Notes under the pieces: model-generated
The model's input: the letters and a program-made list of their open reading frames with translations, nothing else
Told to the model about the DNA's origin: nothing
The model's database searches: none
Assembly: GCF_018977255.1 (NCBI RefSeq)
Contig: NW_024704742.1
Coordinates: 78,680,001-78,744,000 of the forward strand
Direction: 5' to 3'
Source: Callorhinchus milii
Taxonomy: Eukaryota
Length of the DNA: 64,000 bases
Translations under genes and position numbers: made by a program
Part shown: positions 1-12,342 of the stretch, piece by piece
Layout: each line of letters begins with the position of its first letter
Position numbering within the stretch: position 1 is the first letter of the stretch

Positions 1-374
1 ATATCTCTAAAATGAATTGACTGTATATTTTGTGGACGAAACGCAGCAGCCAATTGCACACAGCAGTGTCCCAAAAGTCTAGAAGTTAATATGAATATTG
101 ATTGGAAATCTTAAAAGCTCTTTTCAAAAAAACAAAACAGACAAGAAGAATCTTACCATACTGACCATTCAATTCTATGTGAAACAGAAAACAGATATTC
201 AGCTCTTGACATTTCAGTCCTGTTAAATAGACCTTAGTGTGAGAAGCTAAATGCAGGTAAAACACCCGAATGCTTATACAAAAGGACGGATATGTTGTCT
301 CACCATATCGTAGTGATTTGACAACACTAGAGTTTGGCTCCTTTTAGTAACATTTCTTAAAATTCTGACCTCGC

Positions 375-575
375 GTTCTGGAACTCTCTCGCAGAGTCCC
401 TCCGACTTCTTCACTCCCCTCGTTCAAAGCTCATCTCACACATGCCTCTTTGACTGTGCTGTCAGTCACCTTTCCCCCTTCGGCTCTCACAAATCGGGTG
501 CCCAGCCAGCAGTGTCAAGTGCTTTGAGATCCTCCCAGTGTGAAAGGTGCTATATGAATGTAAATTGTATTGTAT
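375..575 (+). mobile_element. L2 LINE 3'-end fragment
   Basis: C-rich body (ctggaactctctc...ctctttgactgtgc) ending in gctttgagatcctcccagtgtgaaaggtgctatatgaatgtaaattgtattgtat, the 3' end shared by the other L2 copies here. Confidence 0.65.
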
Positions 576-934
576 CACAATTTTTCAAAGCACCTCCAGT
601 TTTGTTAATGACTTGATTTGATTGAGTCTTATGTCTTCCTCCTTTATTATTCCTATCGATGGGTTGAAAAGTTCATTTGTTTTAAGTCCTGCACTGTCAC
701 TTATAATAACTCATGCGTCACAGCAATGTGGAATAAAAAACATGTCTATAAGATCAGCCAGATGTGTGGCACCGCTGGCTTCTTGAAAAGGATGTGGTCT
801 CTGTGTGTGTGGGGGGGAGGGGAGTGCAGTTACAGTATATCTGGAAACTTATCAGCTCACCTATCCCTATGTCCTGGTCACCAGCTTCCTCAGCTCCACC
901 CCGCACGTACTGTACAATATTCTGAACTCTGTAG

Positions 935-1145
935 TCCTTGTCCTCTCTTATCCACGAGTTTATTGCCCCCATCCTCACTCAGCTCCACTGGCTCCCCATT
1001 CCCCACGGGATCAAATTCAAGATCCTCATTCTCACTTTCAAATCCCACCATAGCCTCGCCTTAACCTGCTTGTGTGACCTCCTGCATCCCTACCATCCTG
1101 GCTGCTCCCTCTGTCACCAAGCCCCCACCCTCCCCCAATCTTCTC
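935..1145 (+). mobile_element. L2 ORF2 C-terminal fragment
   Basis: Translates to IAPILTQLHWLPIPHGIKFKILILTFKSHHSLA, the L2-clade LHWLP..RI.FKIL motif. Confidence 0.8.
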
Positions 1146-1189
1146 AGCTTGCCCAAACCCTGGCAACTCTGGCACCCAGTCAGCTTAGT

Positions 1190-1500
1190 GAAAGTCGTGT
1201 AGCTCAGTGGTTAGAGAACTTGCCTTGCAAGCAAGAGACCTAGGTTCGCTTCCCAGCAGGGCGAAATCTTGGCAAGTTTCCTTACTTCGCACGCCTGATA
1301 ATAGTCCCTCAAGAAAAAAAAACAATAATAAAATTGGTCGCTTTAATCCACGACTGTTTGTGGGACACTGCTGTGTGTAATTGGCTGCTGCATTTCGCCC
1401 ACAAATCTACAGTCAATTCACTTTACAGTATATTCTGTGAAGGGCTTTGAGATGTTTGAACGATTTGATGAGGTGCTATATCAAATGCAAGGATTATTAT
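1190..1500 (+). mobile_element. tRNA-Ala-derived SINE, short subfamily
   Basis: A box tagctcagtgg, TTGCAA loop, B-box-like ggttcgcttcc, cttggcaagtttccttac, Deu-like body, caaatgcaaggattattat tail. Confidence 0.85.
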
Positions 1501-1959
1501 TCATATTATTGCAATCTCATAAGATTCCTGTTTCCATTTCCCAGAAAATCTCTCCTCATTGCCTTCTTGATTGTAGGTTTTTGAGTTCCTGATGATATAA
1601 TACAAAGAGACTGATCAGCAGGATCTCAAACTAATGTAAGTATTTTATTCAATCAAAGAGACATCAATAGGCTGTTATACTCTACACACAACCAAAGCGC
1701 GTAGTTTGGATACAAGGGTGATCAAATCCTTCCTCCGGGAGAGATTGTGACTGTTTAGTGTACATCGATCACGTGTTGACATATAATCTTTCTCCTTCAG
1801 TGGGGTTATCTTGCTCTTCTACCAATGTATTGGGGTCATTACTTTTATACCATATTCTCATGCCAACCCCTGACCAGATCTTGCTTTTTCACAGAAACTT
1901 GTGGCCAGTTTACACTGGTTCTTCATCTCTGCTTTACCTTTTCATGCTCTGCAGCTCAT

Positions 1960-2420
1960 GTCCTCTCCCGTACCAGACTCCCCAAACCGATCACCCCCAT
2001 CTTTGCCTAGCTTCACTGGCTGAAAATCAAGTTCAAAACCCTCATTCTCACCTTCAAAGCCCTCCATGGTCTTGCTCCCCCCTCCAGCTGTGACCTAACC
2101 CCATATCAGCCTGTCCGCTCCCTCCACTCGGCGGACACCGGCCTGTTTCAGGTCCCCCACCATTGCCGGTCAGGCATTCAGCATGTTCCCAGCCGTTGGA
2201 AAGTTATCCTGCAATTCCTCTGCCTCGCCCCCTCTTTTGCCTCCTTCAAGTCCCGTCTAAAGATCTTCCTTTTCGACCGTGCCTTCGTCCACCCTCCCAT
2301 CCCACCTTCTGCACCTCGTGAACCCAACTCCCAGCTCGGGTCCAAAACCCGATTGTCCAGCTCCATGGGACGTTTTTCCAACGTGAAGAGCGTTATACAT
2401 GTGTAATTTGTTGATATTGT
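1960..2420 (+). mobile_element. L2 3' fragment
   Basis: PITPIFA and cttcactggctg...caagttcaaaaccctcattctcaccttcaaagccctccatgg, ending in the L2 terminal stem-loop gggacgtttttccaacgtgaagagcgttatac. Confidence 0.8.
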
Positions 2421-4396
2421 ACTAAAGTTTAACTCTTTTACATTCCTTCAGACCTTGTCAAGAATGAAGGTTTTTACATACCCTTATCAAAGCTCCTTGC
2501 TCATCCTGCCTCTCAGAGCCATCTGTGTCTGACACAATAATATTTTCCTTTCTTAAGCCTGAACAACAATACAGGCTGCAGAACAACTCCTGCAAAGTCT
2601 TTCTCTCTCTCCTTATCAGTTCTTTCTCATGAAAAAACAGCCTGCTCCAATTCACTGCTTGAAATGACAAAGGAGATGGCTGCAATTGTACTTTTCTTTT
2701 TCTCAGATTACACTAAGTGTGAGCACACAGCACATCTAGCAAAAGCACCATTTTTCGCCCACAAAATATACAGTCAATTCACTTTACAGTATATTATGTG
2801 AAGCACTTTGAGATGTCTCAAAATGTGATAAGGCACTATATCAAATGCAAGGATTACTGTTATTATTATCTTACAACTGAGATTGTAATTTGAATAATAA
2901 TAAACCTTGCATTCATTATCATTCAAATGACAATCTCAGTTGTAATACCAATTCATGCTAATCTCTAATTCATGCTGAACTCTGGGAAGCTTTATAGAGT
3001 TGCTCGCTCTCAGAGTTGACACTGAGACTGCCAAAACCAATTTCATGGAAGTCCGATAACACTAAAGGAAAACTGAGACTCTGGTTTAGGCTGGTGCAAA
3101 CCCAGATCTCAAAGGACCAATGATAGCCCACTGCAGTAACCCAAATCTCCTTAAAACATCAAGGTAACTTTAATCCATGAACACACCCATGAGAAGTCTA
3201 ACTACACTATTTCTGATACTTGCCAATCTTACCTGAATACGCAACAGAAGCGATATATTTAAAAATACTTATAAATAGTGCATATTATTGCTCTTAAAAG
3301 GCAGTTCGATGCCACTGTCTTAGGCGTCAGAGCTATTTGATGTTTTAATTTTCTCTGATACTGTTTTCTTGTTTTTTGGAATGTTGGAAGAGGATTCTTC
3401 ACAAATTTGGTTTGAGTTGTTCTAGGAAATGAGGAAAAGGAAATGAACCAGCTGTTCAGCATGAAGCACTCAAGCTGAGGCCTGTGGGATCCATTATATA
3501 ACAGTCTCATTGCTTGCATTCAGTTGGGTACCTCCTGTAAATTCATGTCTGCATTGTGCAGCTCAATAAGATCGAAACAAGATTTCTCTCATGCAAATTT
3601 AACACCTCCCCAGGCCCTGCTGAATTTTTGAATGTAAGCCATTTGAATCATGTCCCCATGTGTAGCTACCTTCTGGGCTGTTCATCTCTGTTAAATGTGT
3701 ATACATGAGGGAATAGTATAGTTGAGAGATGGGATTATGAGGGCTGCAAACTCATCTGGAGTATAAAATGGGATTTCAGATACAATGCAAAGCAAAGTTT
3801 TCATGTGATCAAGAGGGCACAGGTTCAGGGTTGTGAAAGAGGTTTTAAGACAGAAACCAGGAAGTATTTTTAAATAATAATCTTTTACAGTTGAATACCA
3901 CTTTTCACAAAGGAACATCTCAAAGCATTTCAAATGGAGGGGCGGGATGGGGGAGAGAAGGTGGTTGTATGCACAAGTAAAAAGAAAGACCTAAAGGTGG
4001 CTTTTGAAGGTGGGGAGGGAAGGGGGAAGACAGAATGGTTGGAAACTTAGCCACAGCTGGTGAGGCAGATTGGGTCAGGGACATACCATAGACCAGTGTT
4101 TGTTGCGAGGAGGGAGTAGCCGGATCAATAGAGTAGGAGGTCGCAGAGGAAGGTGGGATAAGGCCACAGAAAGATTTGAAGTAAGAACAAGGATCTTGAA
4201 TTTGATCTGCTGTGGAACAGCAAGGCAGAAGTGCCGAGTGAGGATGGGAGACAAAGCCTTACAGATTCACAGAACCTTGTGTGGGAGAGATGGGCTGCAG
4301 AGTTTTGGATGATGTACATCTTAAGACAGAAACCAGGAGGAAGGAGATGAGGAGAGTTGGTAAGCAACTATTCAAATAATGAAGCCTGGACATGAT

Positions 4397-4731
4397 GTGG
4401 AGTCCTGTAGCTCAGTGGTTAGAGCACTCGCTTTGCAAGTGAGAGACCTGAGTTCAATTCCAGGCAGGGCGAAACCTTGGGCAAGTTTCCTTACTCCACA
4501 CGCCTAATAATAATCCCTTCAAAAACCAAAAAAAACAATAATTAATTGGTCATTTTCAATCTACGACTGTTTGTGGGTCATTGCTGTGCGCAATTGGCTG
4601 CCGCGTTCGCCCACAAATATACAGTCAATTCACTTTGCAGTATGTTCTGTGAAGCGCTTTGGGACGTCCTCCCGACGTGAAAAGCGCTATATCAAATGCA
4701 AGGATTATTATTATTATTATTATTATTATTA
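4397..4731 (+). mobile_element. Full-length young tRNA-Ala-derived SINE, short subfamily
   Basis: Head gtggagtcctgtagctcagtggttagagcactcgctttgcaagtgagagacctgagttcaattcc (anticodon TGC), (TTA)n tail, short TSD atgat(g) at 4392 and 4731; near-identical to 46195 and 60579. Confidence 0.95.
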
Positions 4732-6469
4732 TGATGAAGATGTGAACAAGTGTCTCAATAGGTTAGCAGGTGAGGTAATGGCAGTCTGCCTACCTTTGTC
4801 CACAAATACATTGAAATCCTGTGAAGTACTTTGAGACATTTCAACCATACGATAGGGCACTATGCATTGATAATTGTTAATATATGCCTTAATTTTCATA
4901 ATAATCATCTGAACGTCCTTTAATATAATTGCCGCTTGTTTTGAATGGAATACATATTTATATAAAAAAATTAAGACTGCCTGTGAACTGAACATCTATT
5001 GTCCACAAAGCCAAGATGTCTGTACCAAGCAGTGTGAATTTCTTAGTAGTGCTGCATACAGTCACTTGTCAATGCAGCAATACATGCAGAAGCAGATAGA
5101 TCAGTGAAAAGACTGAAAAGCTCTAAATTGCCCTCAACAGTTTTATAGTCTCTTGAGGTAAGGGCTCACTGCATCTTCATTTACTTCAAATATGGAACTA
5201 TTATGAATGTGAGGCTTTCTCTTGGTTAAGGAAGACTCAGAGTAGAGCTCATTCCTTGCAAGGAATTATATTCCAGCCTTCACTAATACCATCTCACTAA
5301 CTTTTTGATTGATTGAGCAACATGTAGTTGATCTTGAAATACATAATAATAGGCATAATTTGAAAAGAGAAGGGAGTTTTTCCCCGGGTCTGGTAAAATA
5401 ATCTCCCATATAAACATTTGTCATTCACTTCCTGGACATTGTTATGTGCAAATTAACTGCCCCATTGGCCAACAAATACACACTCATTGCACTTTGCAAT
5501 ATATCCCGTGAAGCGCTTTGAGACGTCGTCCTGACATGAAAGGAGCTCTATCAAATGTAATGATTATAATAATAATCCTTGGATTTGATACAGAACCTTA
5601 TCACGTCATCGGAATATTTTAAAGCGTTTCACTGGATTGTCTTGTGGAGTTTCTTGTTTCAATGTGATAAAGCACAATAAAAGTTCTTTCCACTTTTTGT
5701 GTTACGAAAGCATTAATTAACAAATATTTTTAAACACAATAAATACATGCAGAGGCTTGCTGTTGAACTGCAAAATGTAATAATCATAATAATAATCCTT
5801 ACATTTGGTATAGCACCTTTCACATTGGGAGGACATCCCAAAGTACTTCACAGTACATTACTGTAAAGTAAGACTGTCTATTTTGTAGGTGAATGCGACA
5901 GCCAATTTTCACACAGCAGTGTTCCACAAGCAGCTATAAAGTGAATGCCCAATTATGGAGAATTGTTGACCAGGACACTGGGAGAAACTCCCTTCTTTGA
6001 TTGAATATAGAAGGAGAAAGAAAGATGAGATGTGATTTGCTAATACATAATCTTATAGCCCCCACAGTCTCTATGCCTGTGGTCTGACCATGCCCCACTA
6101 GTTGCCTGCCTCCAGTCTCGGCATGTGCATCATGGCTGCTGTCCCCGACCTGAGCTGCTTTTCCACCCAAATACTCCTTATTCCGCAACTCTCCCACTCT
6201 GTCCTCCTCTCTCTCCGTCCTCCTCGCCTCCTATCCCCGCTTGACCATTCCACAACCTCCCTCTGCTCCAGCCTGGGAAACCTCTGTTGGGCTCACCGTT
6301 GTACTCACCATTGGCTGTCCAGCAGCAGCCACACTGACTGCCCCATTCCCCACTATCATCGCAAGTCCCGCCAGACCCAGACCCCAGAGCTAACCTCTCC
6401 TCCCTCATCCACATTTCCATCCTCCTTGCCAATCTTCTCACCATCCCCTCCCGTTCCACACATTCCTCT

Positions 6470-6670
6470 ACCAGCTGTGCCTAACACTTTCCCGAATTAG
6501 GTAAGCAGGATGCATCCCTCCAGGGAGAGAGTATGTATTCCATTCCAACAATTTATCTCTGGGATTTCCATGTGTAGGTGGGATACATGGAAATCTCAGC
6601 TTGGCTTGGATATTCTTTAGCATGATGATGGTTTTCTCAAGTATCCGACACCTGGCTGACCAAAGAAAAC
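6470..6670 (+). repeat. Unclassified dispersed retroposon-like repeat, 3' part
   Basis: aattaggtaagcaggatgcatccctccaggg...ttggatattctttagcatg...ctgaccaaagaaaa matches 12010, 27725, 43240 and reverse-strand 55975-56160. Confidence 0.75.
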
Positions 6671-7779
6671 TTCTATGCCTCCATCTCCACTCCTATTCCA
6701 CCATCAACACCCCCCCTCTATCTTCTGTGTCCTCCTCCTCCCAAAAGTAATTTCCCAGTGCAGACAATGGACAACGTTGCTCTAGCTTGTGGGATTCAGG
6801 AATCATGGCAGCGTAAACTCCAACATTAAATGCGGTGGCATGTCAGCGCTGTGAACCATATCAAATTTTTTCAGTGTCCTATAAAAGACGGCACGTCAAG
6901 TAATGCCCTGCAGTGAGCATTCAGTCTCAGCTTCCAAGCCTCAGATGGGAGGTTCAACCCACAACCTTTAGTCTGGAGGCAGCAGCTCTACCACCTGAGC
7001 CGACTGATACATGGTCAGTGATTCAGTGACTCACTGCTTGCCTCACAATCTGATGGAAAGGATGCCGCAAATTCTTCAACCGTGTGTAAAAGTTACCTGA
7101 AATAAAATAAGCCCCATAGACCAGGTATCACAAGCAGCAGGTGTGAGTCCAAATGAAGACCTTTTTTTATATAAGTACGCACAATGTATCAAAGGCTTGA
7201 CTGACATGATATGGAATTTCACCGGTGCATCCAGAAAGCTCAGGAGAGGAGATGCAGAAATTCCAAGAGACTTCCATGCAAATTTACCATGAGTGCTTGT
7301 TCAGTTGACTTTATGGAGCCTCTCGTGTGCTAAAAATTGTCTCTTAAAAATAGTGGTCATTGTCTAGAATTCTTTATGATGTTTGTCTTAAATTGCCACC
7401 CAAAATACAGTCACTATATTTTACAGTATATCCTATGAAGCTTTTTAGAACACTCTCCTAATGTAAAAGGCACTATATCAAATGTAAGTATTATTATTAT
7501 TTACTTGCATAAGGAACGCTTTAGGGAAATGCTCAAATTTGTTTCTTAATTAGCATCACCCTTGCTAATTTAGACCATACCTGTATTCATTTAGGCGCAT
7601 AGGAAAATAGGAATGTAAGGAGCCCGTTCAGCCCATCAAGCTTGTTCTACCAGTTCAGTAGATGTTGGCAGAGACATTCCTCCAATAAGACCTTCTGCCT
7701 TTTCAGGAGGTTATTAAAGATCCCATGGCATGATTTGGAAAGAGAAAGTTTCTCCTGGTTACCTGGCCAACAATCCTGA

Positions 7780-7937
7780 GGTAGATAATTATTTGGGGAG
7801 GACAAGGTTGCAGGGCTATGGAGAGTGCGTGGGGGAGTGGGATTGATTTGGATAGCTTTTTTCAAAGAGCTGGCACATACAAGATGGGCTAAATGGCCTC
7901 TTTCTGTGCTGTATAATTCTATGATTATGATTCTATG
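7780..7937 (+). mobile_element. CR1 LINE 3' UTR and tail
   Basis: Matches 59525-59675; ends gctgtataattctatgattatgattctatg, the CR1-type ATTCTRTG repeat. Confidence 0.85.
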
Positions 7938-8557
7938 AATCCCCCACCTAAAATTAGCTGTTCACTTTATGGCTGTTTGGTCACATTGTTTGTACAAGTT
8001 GACTACTGTATTTGCCTTTAAATACACATTCACTACCTTTCACAGCAAAATTCTATGAAACGTTTTGAGATGGTTCCATGATCAAATAACAACTTCTTGC
8101 ATTGATATGGCACCTTTCATGAAGGGTAGTGTCTCAGGGTTCTTAATAGTGGCAGAGCTTGACACCAGATGCTAAGATAAATTGCTATATCAAATGAAAG
8201 TATTATTATTATCTTTTAATCCCAATGCTCCACCTTGCTGCCCTACCCCTTAAAAGCAGTAAGAGATGCTACCTCGCCTGAAAAGCGCTATATAATTGCA
8301 AATTATTGTTATGCTTCTACAAGGCAAGTATCTGTATATTGCTCTTTTAAGGAAGCATGAGGAACATCTACGAGTTAAATCTCAATATATGCACTCATAA
8401 ACCTTTACCCTGACCTACACCAGAAAGCTGACCTGCGTATCTTTACTTGCAAACAGCCAGTTGACTAGAAGAAGTAATCTTTGGAGGAACTGCATAGCTT
8501 AAAAATATTCATTATGCTTAGGCAAGGAGTGCAGTAGAGAATACTATAAAATTTGTG

Positions 8558-9040
8558 TTGGCCTGGCTCTATTGGTAGCATGCTTGCCTCTGAGTTAGAA
8601 GGTTGTGGGTTCAAAGCCCCACTTGGGACATGGCACTCATATAGTCTATGCTTGCACTCCAATGCAATCCTAGAGTGCACTGCATTGTTGGAGGTGCTGT
8701 CCTTCGGATGCTATATTAAACCTAGGTCCCTGGTTGGGTAGCCTTCAAAGATCCTATGACACCTTTTGTTTTCTTGTGACTTTGTTAAAATGTATGCACT
8801 GTATATAGTTTTAGACAGTTTCTCGAAACTGTTCTTTGGATGAGATATTAAAAAAGGTCCCAGGTAGATGTTAAATATCCCACAGCACTATTCAAAAAGA
8901 GCAGGGAGTTTCTCCCGGTGTCCTGGCTAACAATCTCCCAAATAAAATTGGTCATTCACTGCATGGCTGTTTGTGGGACATTGCTGTGTGTAAATTGGCT
9001 GCAGCATTCAACCACAAAATACATAGTCACTCCACTTTTA
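8558..9040 (+). mobile_element. DeuSINE/SacSINE-like element with an internal partial duplication
   Basis: tRNA-like head (ttggtagcatgcttgcctctgagttagaaggttgtgggttcaaagcccc), ggaggtgctgtccttcggatg and Deu-like gctgtttgtgggacattgctgtg; the ttggatgagatattaaa block recurs near 8836. Confidence 0.75.
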
Positions 9041-9344
9041 ACAACCGCCATAAGATTAGCCAGCTGGAATCTCAGTTTAATGGAATTTCAGTGGCCAAAT
9101 CAAAACAATTTTTGTTTGTTTAGTGGTGACAGCCCTGGCACTGGTGCATTGACTTGAGTTTACCCTGAAGCAATTTACCTCCTTCTAAATTTACATTCGG
9201 CAAAATACATGGGGAATGACAGGAAACACACAGTAAAGGTGGCTGCATTTGTCGCCCAGGAGGGAAAAGAGCCAGAATAACTAGATGTCATTTTTGTAAA
9301 TATTTTGCAGGCAACCAGCGCAAAACATTTTCACAATGCAACCA

Positions 9345-9917
9345 TGTACTGAACTCCTCCCCTTCTGGGCTTCCTCGCAATGACCTATCCTCCTTGGTCA
9401 CGTTCCTCCACAACTCCTTCTTCATTACTCTCGATACCCTTGCATCCCTCAATTCCCAAACTGTCTCCTACTCACAGAAGTCACCCTGGTACACCAGCCA
9501 CCTCTGCTCCCTTAAGGCTCAAGTGGATTCCAGGACCTCAGAAAGGAAAGGGAGGATGGAGATGGGGCATTAGTTTGGGAGCAGGGATGGGTGCAGGGAG
9601 GTTTTTTTCAGGATAAAAGTGATGACGGCTGTTTTTAAAGGGGTGGGAAAGGTGCCAGTGGACAGGGAGAGGTTTATGATGTCTGTGAGTAGAGGGGTAA
9701 GAAGGTAGAGCTGGGAAGTAAGGAGAGGGGTAGGGATGGGGTCGAGGGAGCAGGTGATCGGTTTCATGCGGGTTATAGTGGTGATGAGAGAGGAGTGGGA
9801 GACAGGTTCGAAGATGTGAAGGGAGGGATGGGTAGGGGCTGGGATTTGAGGGGGAGATGGGGATGGGGTGGTAGGGGGAAGGGCAGAGGCAGCTGAGCAG
9901 CTCCCCTCGACTTTGGT
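9345..9917. mobile_element. L2 ORF2 internal fragment in two opposite orientations (+ 9345-9525, - 9528-9917)
   Basis: Minus part encodes TCSLDPIPTPLL...IINLSLSTGTFPTPLKTAVIT; plus part has ccctggtacaccagccacctctgctcccttaaggctca, matching 35545-35580. Confidence 0.8.
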
Positions 9918-9934
9918 CAGGGGAGAAATGAAGG

Positions 9935-9951
9935 AAGAGAGAAAGAGAGAG

Positions 9952-9992
<41 letters not shown>

Positions 9993-10043
9993 AAGAAAGA
10001 AAGAAAGAAAGAAATAGATAGACAGACAGACAAATAAATAAAT
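9935..10043. repeat. Compound microsatellite (GA)n-(GAAA)n-(GATA/GACA)n-(AAAT)n
   Basis: Directly visible. Confidence 0.95.
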
Positions 10044-10429
10044 CCACATGCACATGAATTTACATGCGCCCAAAAATACTTGAGAAAAAGCAATTTGAAA
10101 GCATGAAATGTCAATGTGAGTGGTGGTCTGGTAAGGGATGTGTGGCTTCCAAGAACCTACTCAGACCACATATCTGCTGGAAGGGTACCACTCATAGCAA
10201 TATTGTGGTTGTCTGAGCCTTATAGAATTAAGCTAAACAGTGAAAGAGTTATTGTCAGTTTACATTTTCTTTTACTGGTTGAATCGCGCGCAAATATTTC
10301 AGGAAAGTCTAAATCTTCCCTTAAAACTTCCAACAGGTTGGAAGGTGTGCAGTCAATCACAGCTTGGCAAGTGGTACTCCCATTGACTGCCTGTTAGTGA
10401 GATTAATAAACTCCAGTCACCAATAACAT

Positions 10430-11630
10430 CACAAACTGATGCACATTTTAGCCTCTACCTACTTTAACACCTGCATCAAATTTTGCCCTAAAGCTTCTAT
10501 ATAATCCACTCCAAACTGTACTCGTTCATAGCTATAAACCTGCTGCAAATTCCACCCCATTAGATATTTTAAACCTTACTACTTTGAAATTTGCTGCTTT
10601 AATAACTGGTATAGGTTTCACTCCAGACCTATTTTCAAACCTACTACACATTTCAGCCTTTACCTACTTCAATCCCTGCTGGAAATTTTGCTCTATCACT
10701 TTGACAAAAGTCACTGGAAATTGTTCTTACTTCTAAGCAGCCTTAAAACCTACTGCAACATTCACCCCTTAGCTGATGTTAAACCTCCTAATTGTAAGCC
10801 TCAGCTGTTTGAAATCTTACTGCAATTTGCCCCAAATCAGTTTTAAAATCTACTGCAAATGTTATCCCACAGCTACCTTAAAGCTGGCTGTGGATTTCAC
10901 CTCATACTGGTTTTCAAACCCACTGCATATTTTAGCTTATAGCTGTATTAATACTTTCTGCAACGTTTGCCACCCAGCTTCTATTAAATTCACTGGAAAT
11001 TGTACCCCTTATCTCCTTTAACCCTGATACAAATTTTACCCCTCAGCTACTTGAAATTTGCCCCAAAGCAGGTTAAAACCCATTGACAATTTTACCCCAC
11101 ACTTGTTTTCAAACCTTCTGTACATATCACCTTATGCCTGTTTTTATAGCTACAGTACAACTCAATAAGTCTGATTTGTATAATCAAATAACCACCTAAG
11201 TTTCTGCCCAAATCCCAGTCAAGAGTGTATATTCTGTGCAAGTTTGACATAACTCATACTTTGCATAGGTCATCTTAAATGTATGGCCCCAACTGAAACA
11301 ACTTATGTGAGGTTTACTGTACTGCAAATCTTGCCCGATAGCTTCCATAAAACTTATTGCAAATAGTATTCTTTTGCTGCTATAAAACCTGCTTCAAGTT
11401 GTATTTTATATCCCTGGGGGTTTTAAAGCTCAACTTTGCCCTTGGCTTTTTTGTGGTTTTCTGACATTGCAGATTTCTTCTCTTTCTTCAGACAAAATTA
11501 CAAGCCACCCTTGCGAGTCACAGAATCCACTACAAATTTGCCCCATAGTTACTTTGAAAACTATAAATTTTTACCCATCGCTGGTTTAAAACCTGCTGAG
11601 GGCTTTGTCACATACCTATTTTCAAGCAAC
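10430..11630. repeat. Degenerate tandem array, unit ~34-35 bp, consensus near AAACCTACTGCAAATTTYACCCCWYAGCTRCTTT
   Basis: The actgca-like core recurs at 10508, 10542, 10752, 10819, 10852, 10887, 10922, 10957 and 10992 (steps of 33-35 or multiples). Confidence 0.75.
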
Positions 11631-12009
11631 CGATGTGAGCTACTTGAGGCTTTCTTTTAGCAAAATACATCCTCCCATCCCTCCATCCAATTAGTTTTGA
11701 ATTGCTTTATTGCAAGGAATTTAAACCATTTCCTGCCTTCAGCAAAGCAAGCCAAACACGCAGTCCAATTTCCTTTCCTTTTAAAACACTCTAAAGACAT
11801 CAAAAACTTTCACTCTGATAAACAGCAGCAACTTCTCTCCCCTGATGTATTTTCACTTCAATTTTCAAAGAAAAGAACAGCATTTCAGAAAAGTAACCTT
11901 ATTGTTGTCATTGACCAGAAGGTATTCATGCACATAGTTTCCCCTCAAGGACACTTGTATTTGGAAAAGGTGACATCCTGCCATTCGATGTCTGTATCAC
12001 AAAGACTGA

Positions 12010-12140
12010 CTTTACCAACCTGCACCTAATACTCTTCAGAATTAAGTAAGCAGGATGTATCCCTCCAGGGAGAAAGGGCACATTACATTCCAATAAATAT
12101 CTCAGAAATTTCCCAGAATAGTGGGATGCATGGAACTCTG
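12010..12140 (+). repeat. Unclassified dispersed repeat fragment (same family as 6470)
   Basis: aattaagtaagcaggatgtatccctccagggagaaagggcacattacattccaata. Confidence 0.7.
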
Positions 12141-12342
12141 GATGATCTGCAGCCTGTGGACGGAGGAGTTGGGGAGGCCGACAAGCAAAGAGTTTGCATA
12201 GTCAAACCTCAAAGTAATGAAAGTATGCGTGATAGTTTCAGCGGCCTGTGGTGTGAGACAGTGGTGGAGCTGGGGTATGTTGCATAGGTGGGAGAAGGCA
12301 GAGCGGGTCATGGTACTGATGTGGGGTTGAAAGGATAGTTGA
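12133..12342 (-). mobile_element. L2 ORF2 fragment
   Basis: TFITLRFDYANSLLVGLPNSSVHRLQIIQ, the L2 RLDY.NSLL.GLP motif. Confidence 0.85.

Noticed and set aside
4397..4470. tRNA-Ala(TGC) gene (also at 46195 and 60579)
   Set aside because: The acceptor stem does not close and the sequence continues into a SINE body and (TTA)n tail; these are SINE heads.
6496..6510. Strong splice donor AG|GTAAGC as a host exon end
   Set aside because: It is part of a dispersed repeat present in both orientations.
9538..10073. 171-aa and 167-aa ORFs with hydrophobic N-termini
   Set aside because: Read-through of a (CT/CTTT) microsatellite into L2 sequence.
10430..11630. CRISPR-like array or coding repeat
   Set aside because: No constant repeat with unique spacers, no cas genes, eukaryotic context, and frames are interrupted.
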